This document shows positions 37,869 through 47,780 of a DNA stretch of 64,000 nucleotides, in pieces; position 1 is the first letter of the stretch, and each line of letters opens with the position of its first letter. Source of the stretch: Burkholderiaceae bacterium (lineage in GTDB: Bacteria > Pseudomonadota > Gammaproteobacteria > Burkholderiales > Burkholderiaceae_D); NCBI GenBank assembly GCA_036384915.1, contig DASVLJ010000042.1, positions 33,013-97,012 of the forward strand, in the 5' to 3' direction. The notes beneath the pieces were generated by a model. That model was not told the DNA's origin. It saw only the letters and a list, made by a program, of their open reading frames with translations, and did not search any database. A program made the translations under genes and the position numbers.

Positions 37869-40106
37869 TCAATCCGGCTGAGCCAGTGCCTGCCCGATCA
37901 ACAAACCGCGCCGCGTAATCACATCGGCATCGGCGCGCAACAAGCCGAGCCGGCGCTGCAGCAACAGCCAGCCCGACCACGCCGCCGCCGGCGTACCCAC
38001 GTCGGGCGGCGCGGCGATACCGCTTTCGGCGGGGGCCGGTGCCGGTGCGCTTGCCTGCGGCAGCATCTCGGCCAGGCGTTTTTGCAACTCCCCCAGTGAG
38101 ACCCACACGCCGGAACAGGCGTTCTGAATCTGCGCCTCGACTTGCGGCCGGGGCATGTTGAGTGCGTGGCGGCGCAGCAGGATACGCAGCGCGGCGACGT
38201 GGGCCACGATCAAGTAGTTTTGCACGGTGAAGAGGTGGATGTCTTGCACGGCGCGTTGCTTGCTGGCCGGCTCATCGAGCATGCGCACCAGGGCCGAGTT
38301 CAAGCCGGCCAGGCTGTCGAACAGGCCCTTGCGGCACAGGCGGTAAAAGAAATCGTCCTTGACCTGGCCGAGCAGCAGTTCGCAGCTGGCTTCGATGTAG
38401 CGGCGGTTGGCGCCGAGCACGTTTTGCATCAGTTGCGGCAGCGCGCGGTATTCCCAGCTTGGCAATACGAAGGCGAAGAAGGTGGCGATCGCCACGCCGA
38501 TGACGGTGTCGATCAGCCGTTCGCCGATGGCGTGGCCGGTGCCGTGGGTCAGGAGCGTGATCTGCAGCAAAATCTGCATGCTGGCGAAGATGGCGGTGTA
38601 GCGGTATTTGACGTAGACGAAGGCCGAGGTGCCGATCGTGGCGACGAACAGGAAGGCCAGCAGCGCCGCGGGCGCATGCACGTAGTGCACGATCACCGCC
38701 GTCAGCATGCAGCCCATCGTGGTGCCGATCAGGCGGTCGCCGCGCCTTTGCTTGGTCAGGCTGAAGGTCGGCTTCAGGACGATGGCGATGGTCAGGATGA
38801 TCCAGTAGCCGTGCGAGGCGTAAGGCAGGTGTTCCGCCACCAGAAGGCCGAAGGAAATCGCCATGGCGATGCGCACGGCGAAGCGGAAGGTCGGCGATTG
38901 CCAGTTGAGGTTGGCTCGCAACAGGCTGAATTCGTATTTCTGCTTGGTCAGGAACGGGGTGAAGTCTGCGTGCGACAACTGCGGCAGGGACGCCGGCGTC
39001 TGGGTGGCAGCGTGCAGCTGCACGATGGTATCGATCACGTTCACCATTTTGTTGTACGCGCTGCGCACCACGGATACCGCTTCTTCCCTGCCCGGCAGGC
39101 TTTCGAGGCGCGCAATCTCGGCTTCGATGGCGGCGCGTTCGGGGGCATAGTCCATTCCTGGTTCGGAGGGCTGGCCGCGCGTGACGGCATACGCGATGGC
39201 TTGCACGTCGAGCGCGGCCTTGTAAGCCAGCCGTTGCAGCCAGCCGAGCACGTCGGCATCGGCCAAGTGGCGCCGCAGCAGGGCATAGTCGGTATGGGTG
39301 GCGAGCACGAGTTCGTACAGGTCGAGCATGCCGAAGTGGACTTGCATCAGGATGGCATCGCGCTCGCCCGGATCGCCGCGCAGGATCAGGTCGCGCGAGA
39401 CTTGCTGCTTGTCGGCCAGCACGCCTTGCTGGCGCACCAGGGCATTGAACTGCTCGTTCAAGTCGACGCCCATGTCGTAGAACTCGGACTTGATTTCGAT
39501 ATAGCGCGCCAGTTCGAACAGGGTTTCCGCCAGTACCTGCTGCTTGACGCGCGTACGGAACAGCCAGGCTGCGGCCATGGCGTAGAGCATGTAGATCGTC
39601 GCCCCCGCGGTGAACAGCGCGCTGTGGGCCAGCGCCTGCCGCACGCTCAAGTCGTTTTCCATCGAGAGTGTCATGATGAACAGCGCCGAGAATTGCAGTG
39701 GCATGGTCTTTTTGCCGTAGATCAGCATCATGCTGGCGAGGAAGCTGACCAGCACCACCATGATGCCGAGAAGCCAGTGCACCGGCGCGGCCAGCGTGAT
39801 GACCAGCGCCACGATGGAGCACAGGATGACGGACGCCAGCATTTCATGGAATTTGTGGCGTAGCGGGCTGATCAAATCCATGAAGCTGGTGCACAGCGCG
39901 CCGATGCAGACTGTCATGGCGGAAGACAGGTCGCTGTACCACATCACCAGGCTGGTCAATCCGATGATGCCGATCGCCGTGCGCAGGCCGGTGTAAAAAT
40001 AATGGCTGAACAAAAAGGTGCGCGGATCGAGCGCATAGTGCATGAACGGCGATCCGGCGGGCGGGGAGCCCGGTGAGGATGGCCCGGACTGCGGCGGTGG
40101 CTGCAT
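37869..40106 (-). CDS. FUSC-family (YccS/YhfK-like, fusaric acid resistance) inner membrane protein
   Basis: 745 aa with two multi-TM blocks and FUSC architecture (…AMAISFGLLVAEHLPYASHGYWIILT…). Confidence 0.8.
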   Translation of the reverse strand: MQPPPQSGPSSPGSPPAGSPFMHYALDPRTFLFSHYFYTGLRTAIGIIGLTSLVMWYSDLSSAMTVCIGALCTSFMDLISPLRHKFHEMLASVILCSIVALVITLAAPVHWLLGIMVVLVSFLASMMLIYGKKTMPLQFSALFIMTLSMENDLSVRQALAHSALFTAGATIYMLYAMAAAWLFRTRVKQQVLAETLFELARYIEIKSEFYDMGVDLNEQFNALVRQQGVLADKQQVSRDLILRGDPGERDAILMQVHFGMLDLYELVLATHTDYALLRRHLADADVLGWLQRLAYKAALDVQAIAYAVTRGQPSEPGMDYAPERAAIEAEIARLESLPGREEAVSVVRSAYNKMVNVIDTIVQLHAATQTPASLPQLSHADFTPFLTKQKYEFSLLRANLNWQSPTFRFAVRIAMAISFGLLVAEHLPYASHGYWIILTIAIVLKPTFSLTKQRRGDRLIGTTMGCMLTAVIVHYVHAPAALLAFLFVATIGTSAFVYVKYRYTAIFASMQILLQITLLTHGTGHAIGERLIDTVIGVAIATFFAFVLPSWEYRALPQLMQNVLGANRRYIEASCELLLGQVKDDFFYRLCRKGLFDSLAGLNSALVRMLDEPASKQRAVQDIHLFTVQNYLIVAHVAALRILLRRHALNMPRPQVEAQIQNACSGVWVSLGELQKRLAEMLPQASAPAPAPAESGIAAPPDVGTPAAAWSGWLLLQRRLGLLRADADVITRRGLLIGQALAQPD

Positions 40107-40208
40107 ACGTGCGGGAATTGGCGAAAGGGGAATAAGCTAAAGCTTAGCCGATTTCCCCGCCCTGGTCATTGCAAAACATACGGGGCATGGTTATCGCCTT
40201 CAATGCGG

Positions 40209-40703
40209 TCAATCGCGTGCGGCGTAGGCGGCATCGAGCTCCTGTCTGGCTTGCGCAACGTCGGCTTCAAGCTGCGCCACGCGGTCGAAATAACTGCCGC
40301 GCAGGCGCGTATAGCCGTTGACGTTGCCCACTCGGTCGCCGCCGCGCACCTGGGAGCCTTGCGCCAGGCGCTGTTCGGCTTGCTGCAAATGCCTCAGCGC
40401 CGTGTCGATACGGGAATCGGCGGCTTGCTGTTTTTGCCGGCGCGCCCGGTAATCGGCATCTTGGTGCCTTTCCATTTCCAGCAAGGCCCGTTTGGCCGCA
40501 TGCTGCTGCTCCGGCGACAAGGTGGGGACCGAGATGGTCGAGACGGTCTGCCCTGCGGTTTCAGGCGGCTTTTCCTGGGAATACGTGACGGCGCCGTTCT
40601 TGTCTACCGACTTGTAGATCACGGTGCTTTGCGCACAGGCGCTGCCCGACGCCAGCGCGGCACAGGCCAGGGTGGTGAAGAGGGATACTCGCGAGATGCC
40701 CAT
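40209..40703 (-). CDS. DUF4124 domain periplasmic protein
   Basis: Signal peptide then VIYKSVDKNGAVTYSQEKP (DUF4124 motif) and a coiled-coil C-terminus. Confidence 0.6.
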   Translation of the reverse strand: MGISRVSLFTTLACAALASGSACAQSTVIYKSVDKNGAVTYSQEKPPETAGQTVSTISVPTLSPEQQHAAKRALLEMERHQDADYRARRQKQQAADSRIDTALRHLQQAEQRLAQGSQVRGGDRVGNVNGYTRLRGSYFDRVAQLEADVAQARQELDAAYAARD

Positions 40704-40806
40704 GATTGCCTCGTTTGAACAAAGCTATGCAAGCATCTTACTGTAGATCGGCTGGTTTGCGTTCCAGCGGCGGACAATGTTACCCGCCGTTACAAAGCCA
40801 GCCGCT

Positions 40807-42234
40807 TCAGTTGGCGGCCACCTTGTCCGATTCCAGGCCCTGCCAGCCGCCGCCCAGGGCCTTGACCAGGTAAACCGATGTCAGCATTTGCTGGCCGTGG
40901 ATCTGGGTCGCCTGGCGCTGGTTGGTCAGCAGCGTCTGCTGCGCCGTGATCACGTCCAGATAGGTGTCGAGTCCGCCGGTGTAGCGGTCGTTGGCCAGAT
41001 CGAAGGCTTTTTGCGAACTGCGCACGGCGGCTTCGGACTGGTTCGAGGCGCGCTGCAGCAGCGTTGCGCCGGTGATGCCGTCCTCCACCTCCTGCATCGC
41101 GACCAGCACGCTCTGGCGGTAGGCCGCCACTGCGCCTTGATACGATTGCTCGGCAATCCTCACGTTGGCGGTCGTCTTGCCGGCATCGAAGAGTGTTTGC
41201 GTCAGCGAAGCGCCGAGCGACCAGATCAGGTTCGGTGCGCTGATCAAGCTATGGAATTGGTTGCTGCTCCAGCCGACGCTGGGGTCCTGCGGCAACGGCT
41301 GGATCGTCAGGCTGGGGAAGTACGCAGCCTTGGCCACGCCGATATTGGCATTGGCTTGGGCCATGGCACGTTCGGCGGCGGCCACGTCGGGACGGCGCTG
41401 CAGCACGTCGGACGGCACACCGACGGGCAGGGCCGGCGGGGCGAGACTGGCTTGCGCCGCCTCGATGTGGAACAGCGGCGCCGGCGTGCCCGTCATCACG
41501 GCCAGGGCGTGCTCGTTTTGTGCGCGCTGGTTTTGCAGCAGCTCCAGCTGGGTCTTGGTCGAATCGAGCAGGGCTTGCTGCTGCGCCAGGTCCAGGCCCG
41601 ATGCCAGTCCGAGATCGTGGCGCGAGCTGACGAATTGCAGCGCCTTTTCCTCCAGGGCGATTCCCTGGCGTACCACGTCGATTTCGGCATCGAGTTCGCG
41701 GAGGTTGAAGTAGTCGGCCGCCAGCTGCGTCGTCAGCAAAAGGCGGGTATTTTCGAAATCGGCGCCGGCTTGCTGGTCGCCGGCGCGTGCCGCTTCCACG
41801 CCGCGCCTTATGCTGCCGAACAGGTCGGCCTCATAGCTCACTTCAAAACCGAGCCCGTAGCCGGTTTTAGCCTGCAAGGGGCGGGGCGGGACTTCCGCGC
41901 GCGATGCGCCGGCCGATGCGCCGGCCTGCGGGAACAGCGGGGACGAGGCGACCGTCACGATCTGGTGCGCCTGCTCCAGGCGCGAGGCGGCTTGCTTCAA
42001 ACTTTGGTTTTGCGCGATGGCTTGCTGTTCCAGTTCGTTTAACTTGGCGTCCTGGTACAGCTCCCACCAATTGCCTTTCAGGGCGTCATCGTTGGGTTGG
42101 GCCGCCTTGAAGGGGATGTCGCCCTGCCAGGCGGCCGGCATGGCGACATCGGGCTTCTTGTAGTCGGGGCCGACGGCGCAGCCTGCCAGCAGGGCTGCCA
42201 TGCCGGCCCATATGGTGCGGCGGGCCGGTTTCAT
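40807..42234 (-). CDS. RND efflux outer membrane factor lipoprotein (NodT family)
   Basis: Lipobox LLAGCAVGPDYKKPDVAMPAAW; typical OprM/NodT N-terminus. Confidence 0.85.
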   Translation of the reverse strand: MKPARRTIWAGMAALLAGCAVGPDYKKPDVAMPAAWQGDIPFKAAQPNDDALKGNWWELYQDAKLNELEQQAIAQNQSLKQAASRLEQAHQIVTVASSPLFPQAGASAGASRAEVPPRPLQAKTGYGLGFEVSYEADLFGSIRRGVEAARAGDQQAGADFENTRLLLTTQLAADYFNLRELDAEIDVVRQGIALEEKALQFVSSRHDLGLASGLDLAQQQALLDSTKTQLELLQNQRAQNEHALAVMTGTPAPLFHIEAAQASLAPPALPVGVPSDVLQRRPDVAAAERAMAQANANIGVAKAAYFPSLTIQPLPQDPSVGWSSNQFHSLISAPNLIWSLGASLTQTLFDAGKTTANVRIAEQSYQGAVAAYRQSVLVAMQEVEDGITGATLLQRASNQSEAAVRSSQKAFDLANDRYTGGLDTYLDVITAQQTLLTNQRQATQIHGQQMLTSVYLVKALGGGWQGLESDKVAAN

Positions 42235-43520
42235 GGTGTGCCCTTCCTCGGAGCGTCCGCCGCCTTCGGCTGGGTTGCGCCGGCTGCCGGCGGTTGCATC
42301 ACGTAGACCGTGTCATTGTCGGCCAGCGAATCGGGCGGGTTCAGCACGATAGTGTCGCTCGTTTGCACTCCGCTCAGAATTTCGAGCTTCTCGCCAAGGT
42401 CGTGGCCGATGGAGACGCGTTGCAGCTTGACGCGGCCCTCGCCGTCGAGCGTGGCGACTTTGGTGCCGTCGGGGCGATACAGGATCACGTTGGAGGGCAC
42501 GATCAGCGCGGAGGACGCACCGCTGACCGGCAATGCCACCTGGACATAGGAACCGGCCAGCAGCTTGCCGTCCTTGTTCGGCAAGTCGACTTCCATCTGC
42601 AGGGTGCGCGTGGCGGCATCGATCGCTCCGGCGGTACGCACCACGGTGCCCTCGAATGTCTGGCCGGCCAGTTCGGTTTGCGTGACCTTGACCTTGTCGC
42701 CGACCTTGATGCGCTGCGAGTACGATTGCGGCACGTAGACATAGACGCGCAAGGGATCGGTCTGCGACATGGTGAATAAAGCCCGGCCCGAGGTGGCGCC
42801 GTTGGCCGCATCGACCAGGTCGCCGACTTCGACATTGCGGTGCGTGACCACGCCGTCGAACGGCGCCGTCACATTCTTGAATTGCTCGAGCTCGGACAGG
42901 CGCTTGACGTTCGCCTCGGCTGCAGCCAGGCTGGCCTGGGCTTGCGTGTAAGCGCTGGTGCGCTCGTTCAATTCCTGTTGCGTTACGGCGTCTTTCTTGC
43001 GCAAGGCTTCCCAGCGTTCCGCCGAGGTCTTGGCCAAATCGAGGCTCGAGACGGCCTGATCGCGCGCCGCTTTGGCTTGCGCCAGTTGCTGATCGACTTC
43101 GGGCGTGTCGATCACGGCCAGCACCTGGCCCTTCTTGACCCTGGCGCCGATATCGGTGTTCCAGCGCAATACGTAACCGGTGGCGCGCGCATAGATCGGC
43201 GACTCGATCATGCCCTGCAAGGTGCCGGGCAAGGTCAGGGCCGTGCCGCTGCCGTTCCCGTTTTCGGGCACGGGTTGCGTGGTCAGCACATAGACCTTGC
43301 CTTCTTCGGCATTCGATTTCTCCAGCGCACGGGCATGAGCGATGCGCAGGCCGATTTCGACGGCGGCGCCAGCAAGGAGCAGTACGATCACGGTGGCGCC
43401 GACGATGCGCGCACGTTTCAGGATGGGGCCGCGATGCGGATGATGGACCACGTGGGCCTCATCGGCGTGCCTGCCCATGGAGGAATGGCGTTGCTCGGTC
43501 ATGTCAATTGCTCCCTTCAA
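42231..43520 (-). CDS. RND efflux periplasmic adaptor (membrane fusion protein)
   Basis: Single TM then biotinyl/lipoyl-like and beta-barrel regions. Overlaps the OMF start by 4 nt. Confidence 0.85.
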   Translation of the reverse strand: MKGAIDMTEQRHSSMGRHADEAHVVHHPHRGPILKRARIVGATVIVLLLAGAAVEIGLRIAHARALEKSNAEEGKVYVLTTQPVPENGNGSGTALTLPGTLQGMIESPIYARATGYVLRWNTDIGARVKKGQVLAVIDTPEVDQQLAQAKAARDQAVSSLDLAKTSAERWEALRKKDAVTQQELNERTSAYTQAQASLAAAEANVKRLSELEQFKNVTAPFDGVVTHRNVEVGDLVDAANGATSGRALFTMSQTDPLRVYVYVPQSYSQRIKVGDKVKVTQTELAGQTFEGTVVRTAGAIDAATRTLQMEVDLPNKDGKLLAGSYVQVALPVSGASSALIVPSNVILYRPDGTKVATLDGEGRVKLQRVSIGHDLGEKLEILSGVQTSDTIVLNPPDSLADNDTVYVMQPPAAGATQPKAADAPRKGTP

Positions 43521-46500
43521 TGGCGGGCGACGAGGGTGGATGTCCGTGCTTGCGCGCCTTGCGGTGCTCGAGGTAGCGGTGCACGGTGGCGAACACGATG
43601 GGCACGAAGAACAGGGTGGATACGGTGGCGAACAGCAGGCCGCCGATCACGGCGCGGCCCAGCGGCGCATTTTGCTCGGCGCCTTCGCCGAGACCCAAGG
43701 CCATGGGGATCATGCCGATGATCATGGCCAGCGCCGTCATCAGCACCGGGCGGATGCGCGTGGCGCCGGCTTCCAATGCGGCGGACAGGGGCGGCAAGCC
43801 ATCATGCAGGCGTTGCCGCGCGAACGAGACCATCAAAATACTGTTGGCCGTGGCCACCCCCATGGTCATGATGGCGCCGGTCAATGCCGGCACCGAAAGC
43901 GTGGTGCCGGTCAGGAACAGCATCCAGGCGATGCCGGCCAGCGCGGCGGGCAGCGCGGTGATGATGATGAAGGGGTCGACCCAGGACTGGAAGTTCACCA
44001 CGATCAAGAGATAGACCAGCACGATCGCGCCGGCCAGGCCGATGCCCAGTCCGACGAAGGACGACTTCATGGTCTCGACCTGGCCACGCACTTCGAGGCG
44101 CGAGCCTTTCGGCAAGCCGCCGCGCTCGTCGTCGACGATGTTGCGGATCTGCTGGGCCACGCTGCCCAGGTCGCGTCCTTCCACGCTGACGTAGAGGTCG
44201 ATCACGGGCTGGATGTTGTAGTGCGTTACCAGTGCCTGCGTTTGCGCCGGTTTGACGCGGACCAGATTGGACAATACCTGGCTCGAAGGCACGGTGCCGG
44301 CGGCAGTCGCCGCCGCCAGCGAGCCCGGCGGATTGACCGGCGTGCGCAGCAGGGCGTCAAGATCGTCCACCTTGTATTGCGGCGTCTGCACGGCGATGTT
44401 GTAGACGATGCCGTTGTTCGGATTGAGCCAGAAAGCCGGCGCGGTCTGGAAGCTGCCGGAGAGCGATACCAGCACGTCTTGCGCGACGTCGACCGGGTTC
44501 AGGCCGAGCTGTTTCATCTGCGTGCGGTCCATGTCGAGCGCGATGGTCGGTTCGTCGATGCGCTGGTGGATGTGCACGTCGACCGCGCCGGGCACCTGCT
44601 TGATCTTCTTCATCAGCTTGGCCGCGACGTCGTAGTTGGCCGTGAAGTTGTTGCCCACGACCTGGATGTCGAGCGCCGCCGGCATGCCGAAGTTCAGGAT
44701 CTGCGTCACGATGTCGGCCGGCTGAAAAAAGAATTCCACACCGGGGAAGCGCTTGGGCAATTCGGCGCGCAGCTTCTTGACGTATTCGGCGGTGGGCCTA
44801 TGCTCGGACTTGAGCGAAATCAGCACTTCGCCGTCCATGGTACCGATGGTGCCGGCATTGGAGTAGGACAGGTTGATGCCGGAGTAAGGCAGGCCGAGGT
44901 TGTCGAGAATGGTGCCGAGTTCTTCCTTCGGAATGACTTCGCGCACCACTTTATCCACCTCGTCGGCTACGCGCGCGGTTTCCTCGATGCGCGTTGCCGT
45001 CGGCGTGCGCATGTGCAGGCGGATCTGGCCGGCATCGACCGAGGGAAAGAAGTCGCGGCCGAGGAACGGCACCAGGCCCAGCGAGGCCAGGCAGAGGGCG
45101 AGGAAGGCTGTGCCGAACAGCTTGCGGTGGGTCAGGAGCGTGGAGAGGATCAGGATGTAGCCGCCGCGGAATTCCTCGAAGGCCGCGTCGAAGCGTTTGT
45201 AGACGCGCGCAAGCAGGCTGGGTTTGGCATTTGGGTCGATATGGGACTTGTCCATCATCAGCATCACCATGGTCGGCACCAGGGTGCGCGAGAGCACGTA
45301 GGACGCCAGCATGGCGAATACGACCGACTCGGCCAGCGGGACGAACAGGAAGCGCGCCACGCCGGTGAGGAAGAACATGGGCACGAATACGATACAGATG
45401 CAAAGCGTGGACACCAGGGCCGGCACGGCGATCTCGCCGGCGCCGTCCAGGATGGCCTTGTGCAGGTCGGAGCCTTCCTGGTGCAGATGGCGTTCGATGT
45501 TTTCGATCGTCACTGTCGCATCGTCGACCAGGATGCCGACCGCCAGCGCCAGGCCGCCCAGGGTCATGATGTTGATCGTCTCGCCGAGCATGTAGAGCAC
45601 GATGACGGAAGTCAGGATCGACAGCGGGATCGAGACCGCGATGATGCAGGTGGAACGCCAGTTGCCGAGAAACACCAGGATCATGGCGGCGGTCAGGCAG
45701 GCCGCGATCAAGGCTTCGCGCACCACGCCGGATATGGCTGCCTTGACGAACACCGATTGGTCGAACAGGGGTTCGACCTGCAAATCCTTGGCGTAGGGCG
45801 GCAGGCTGGACATGGCTTGCGGCAGAAGCGCGCGCAGGTTTTGGACGATGTCGAGCGTGGAAGAGCCTCCGTTTTTCAGCACCGAGATCAGCGAGCCGCG
45901 CCGGCCGTCCTTGCGCACGATATTGGTTTGCGGCGAGAAGCCGTCGCGTACGCGCGCCACTTCCGAGAGGTAAGTCGTGGCGCCGTTCTTCGATAGTACC
46001 GGCAAGTCGTTCAAGCCGGCGATGGTGTCGGGCGAACCGTTCATCGAGATGTTGTATTCGGTGTCGCCGAACTTGGCCGTGCCCGAAGGCAGCGCCAGGT
46101 TTTGCACATTGACTGCGGCGACCACGTCGGCCGGCGTCAAGCCTTTGGCCAGCATGGCCTGGTTGTCGAGGTCGACCGAGACCAGGCGCGACTTGCCGCC
46201 GTAAGGATAGGGAATGGCGGCGCCGGGTACGGTGATCAATTGCGGACGCAGGAAGTTCAGGGCCGTGTCGGACAGCGCCTGCTCGGTCATGGTCGGGCTC
46301 GACAGGCCGAGCTGGATCACCGGGATCGACGAAGCCGAATATTTGATGATCAAGGGCGGCGTGCTGCCTGGGGGCAGCCCGCGCAAGATCGTTTGCCCGA
46401 TCGCCACGGTTTGCGCGATCGCGGTTTGGATGTTGGCGTCAGGCTGGAAGTAAACCTTGATCACCGAAATGCCGGCAAGCGATTGCGACTCGATGTGCTC

Positions 46501-46734
46501 GATGTCGTTGACGGTGGTCGTCAATACGCGCTCGGTCGGGGCGGTGATGCGTTGGCCCATTTCCTGAGCCGAGAAGCCGTTGTAGTTCCAGATGATGCTG
46601 ATGACCGGGATATTGATGTCGGGGAAGATGTCGGTCGCCATCTTGGACAGCACCAGCGGGGTCGACAGGAGAATCAACAGCGCCATCACGATGAAGGTGT
46701 ATGGTCGCTTCAGGGCTATTTCTACAATCCACAT
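43504..46734 (-). CDS. RND efflux permease (AcrB/CzcA superfamily), 1076 aa
   Basis: MWIVEIALKRPYTFIVMALLILL..., 12-TM architecture with large periplasmic loops. Overlaps the adaptor start. Confidence 0.9.
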   Translation of the reverse strand: MWIVEIALKRPYTFIVMALLILLSTPLVLSKMATDIFPDINIPVISIIWNYNGFSAQEMGQRITAPTERVLTTTVNDIEHIESQSLAGISVIKVYFQPDANIQTAIAQTVAIGQTILRGLPPGSTPPLIIKYSASSIPVIQLGLSSPTMTEQALSDTALNFLRPQLITVPGAAIPYPYGGKSRLVSVDLDNQAMLAKGLTPADVVAAVNVQNLALPSGTAKFGDTEYNISMNGSPDTIAGLNDLPVLSKNGATTYLSEVARVRDGFSPQTNIVRKDGRRGSLISVLKNGGSSTLDIVQNLRALLPQAMSSLPPYAKDLQVEPLFDQSVFVKAAISGVVREALIAACLTAAMILVFLGNWRSTCIIAVSIPLSILTSVIVLYMLGETINIMTLGGLALAVGILVDDATVTIENIERHLHQEGSDLHKAILDGAGEIAVPALVSTLCICIVFVPMFFLTGVARFLFVPLAESVVFAMLASYVLSRTLVPTMVMLMMDKSHIDPNAKPSLLARVYKRFDAAFEEFRGGYILILSTLLTHRKLFGTAFLALCLASLGLVPFLGRDFFPSVDAGQIRLHMRTPTATRIEETARVADEVDKVVREVIPKEELGTILDNLGLPYSGINLSYSNAGTIGTMDGEVLISLKSEHRPTAEYVKKLRAELPKRFPGVEFFFQPADIVTQILNFGMPAALDIQVVGNNFTANYDVAAKLMKKIKQVPGAVDVHIHQRIDEPTIALDMDRTQMKQLGLNPVDVAQDVLVSLSGSFQTAPAFWLNPNNGIVYNIAVQTPQYKVDDLDALLRTPVNPPGSLAAATAAGTVPSSQVLSNLVRVKPAQTQALVTHYNIQPVIDLYVSVEGRDLGSVAQQIRNIVDDERGGLPKGSRLEVRGQVETMKSSFVGLGIGLAGAIVLVYLLIVVNFQSWVDPFIIITALPAALAGIAWMLFLTGTTLSVPALTGAIMTMGVATANSILMVSFARQRLHDGLPPLSAALEAGATRIRPVLMTALAMIIGMIPMALGLGEGAEQNAPLGRAVIGGLLFATVSTLFFVPIVFATVHRYLEHRKARKHGHPPSSPAIEGSN

Positions 46735-47010
46735 GTTTGTTTGTTCTTCCGCGCTGAGCTTAGGCGTCTCAAGGGTTTGCCGCGCCGTGTTGATCCGGCT
46801 TGCCGAACTTTTACAACTCTAATTACATGAGCAAATTCAAACGAGCGGAAATGGTATCCGAATTTCCGCAAACGGGTATTGCCTCCACGCGCTGCGATTT
46901 ACACGGCATTTACATGGAGGGATATTGCATGCCGATAGTGCAAATTCACCAATGCAAGAACCGGCCCTATCGCGGCCGATACACCTCGCTGAGCCGGAAC
47001 GGCCGGCTCG

Positions 47011-47442
47011 TCAGGAGGATTCGGTCACGCGCTGCAGATGCTCAAGCAGCTCGGTCGCAACGAGCAGCTTCTCCGCGTCGATGTCGGCCAGCAGTTCGGT
47101 GCGGAAAATATCGGCCTCGTGCTTGACCTTGGCAAACAGGTTCCTGCCTTCCTCGGTCAGGACGATCAGCTTGACGCGCCGGTCGACCGGCGAAGCCTCA
47201 CGCAGGATCAATCCCGCTTTCGACAGGCGGTCTATCATCGTGACCATGGTGGCGGCCTCGATGCCGAGCTTGTTGGCCAACTCGATCTGAGACATCGGCG
47301 CATCGGACTTGGCGATGGTGGCGATCGTGGTCCAGCTCGCCTGGCTCATGCCGAGATACTTCAAGCGACGGTCGATGGCGGCCTTCCACGCGCGCGCAGT
47401 ATTGTGCAACGCACCGGAAAAGCGTTCTTCCAGGGTAGTCAA
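47011..47442 (-). CDS. MarR-family transcriptional regulator (EmrR/MprA-like)
   Basis: 143 aa with winged HTH MSQIELANKLGIEAATMVTMIDRLSKAGLILREASPVDRR. Divergent from the MFS efflux operon. Confidence 0.85.
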   Translation of the reverse strand: MTTLEERFSGALHNTARAWKAAIDRRLKYLGMSQASWTTIATIAKSDAPMSQIELANKLGIEAATMVTMIDRLSKAGLILREASPVDRRVKLIVLTEEGRNLFAKVKHEADIFRTELLADIDAEKLLVATELLEHLQRVTESS

Positions 47443-47458
47443 AACCGAAGCCCTCAGA

Positions 47459-47476
47459 TAATTAGTACGCTAATTA
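47459..47476. promoter_or_regulatory. inverted repeat TAATTAG-N4-CTAATTA immediately upstream of the marR-family gene (candidate operator)
   Basis: 7-bp perfect arms 17 bp upstream of the MarR start codon, in the divergent emrR/emrB promoter region. Confidence 0.3.
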
Positions 47477-47535
47477 CTCATTCAGTGTAGCAGAAACGGA
47501 AATTCCGCTCCGGGCGCGAAAAATCGCGAGGCTTA

Positions 47536-47657
47536 GTAGGTTGTACCGGGCCGCGCAGGCTGAGCGAAGCGATGCCCAACGTTTCTACCTTTCCGCCATC
47601 GAATGTATTCGCGCGACGCGCCGATGTTGGGCTTCGCTTCGCTCGGCACCAACCTAC
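47536..47657. repeat. REP/MITE-like palindromic element, copy B
   Basis: GTAGGTTG...GCTGAGCGAAGCGATGCCCAAC...GTTGGGCTTCGCTTCGCTC...CAACCTAC. Shares termini and an internal palindrome with 25650..25756. Confidence 0.6.
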
Positions 47658-47780
47658 ACCCCCAACACTGCTTGTATTACGGAACAAATCATAATACAAT
47701 TTTCGTTAGATGTCTAATAATATGAATGCTTATATTATGCTTGCAAGCCTTAAAAAAGGCTGGCTGGCGCACCAAATCCG

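Noticed and set aside
38142-39863. 573-aa plus-strand ORF
   Set aside because: Antisense to the well-supported FUSC-family membrane protein gene; composition artefact.
43477-45996. 839-aa plus-strand ORF
   Set aside because: Antisense to the RND permease gene; Gly/Arg/Asp/His-rich low-complexity translation.
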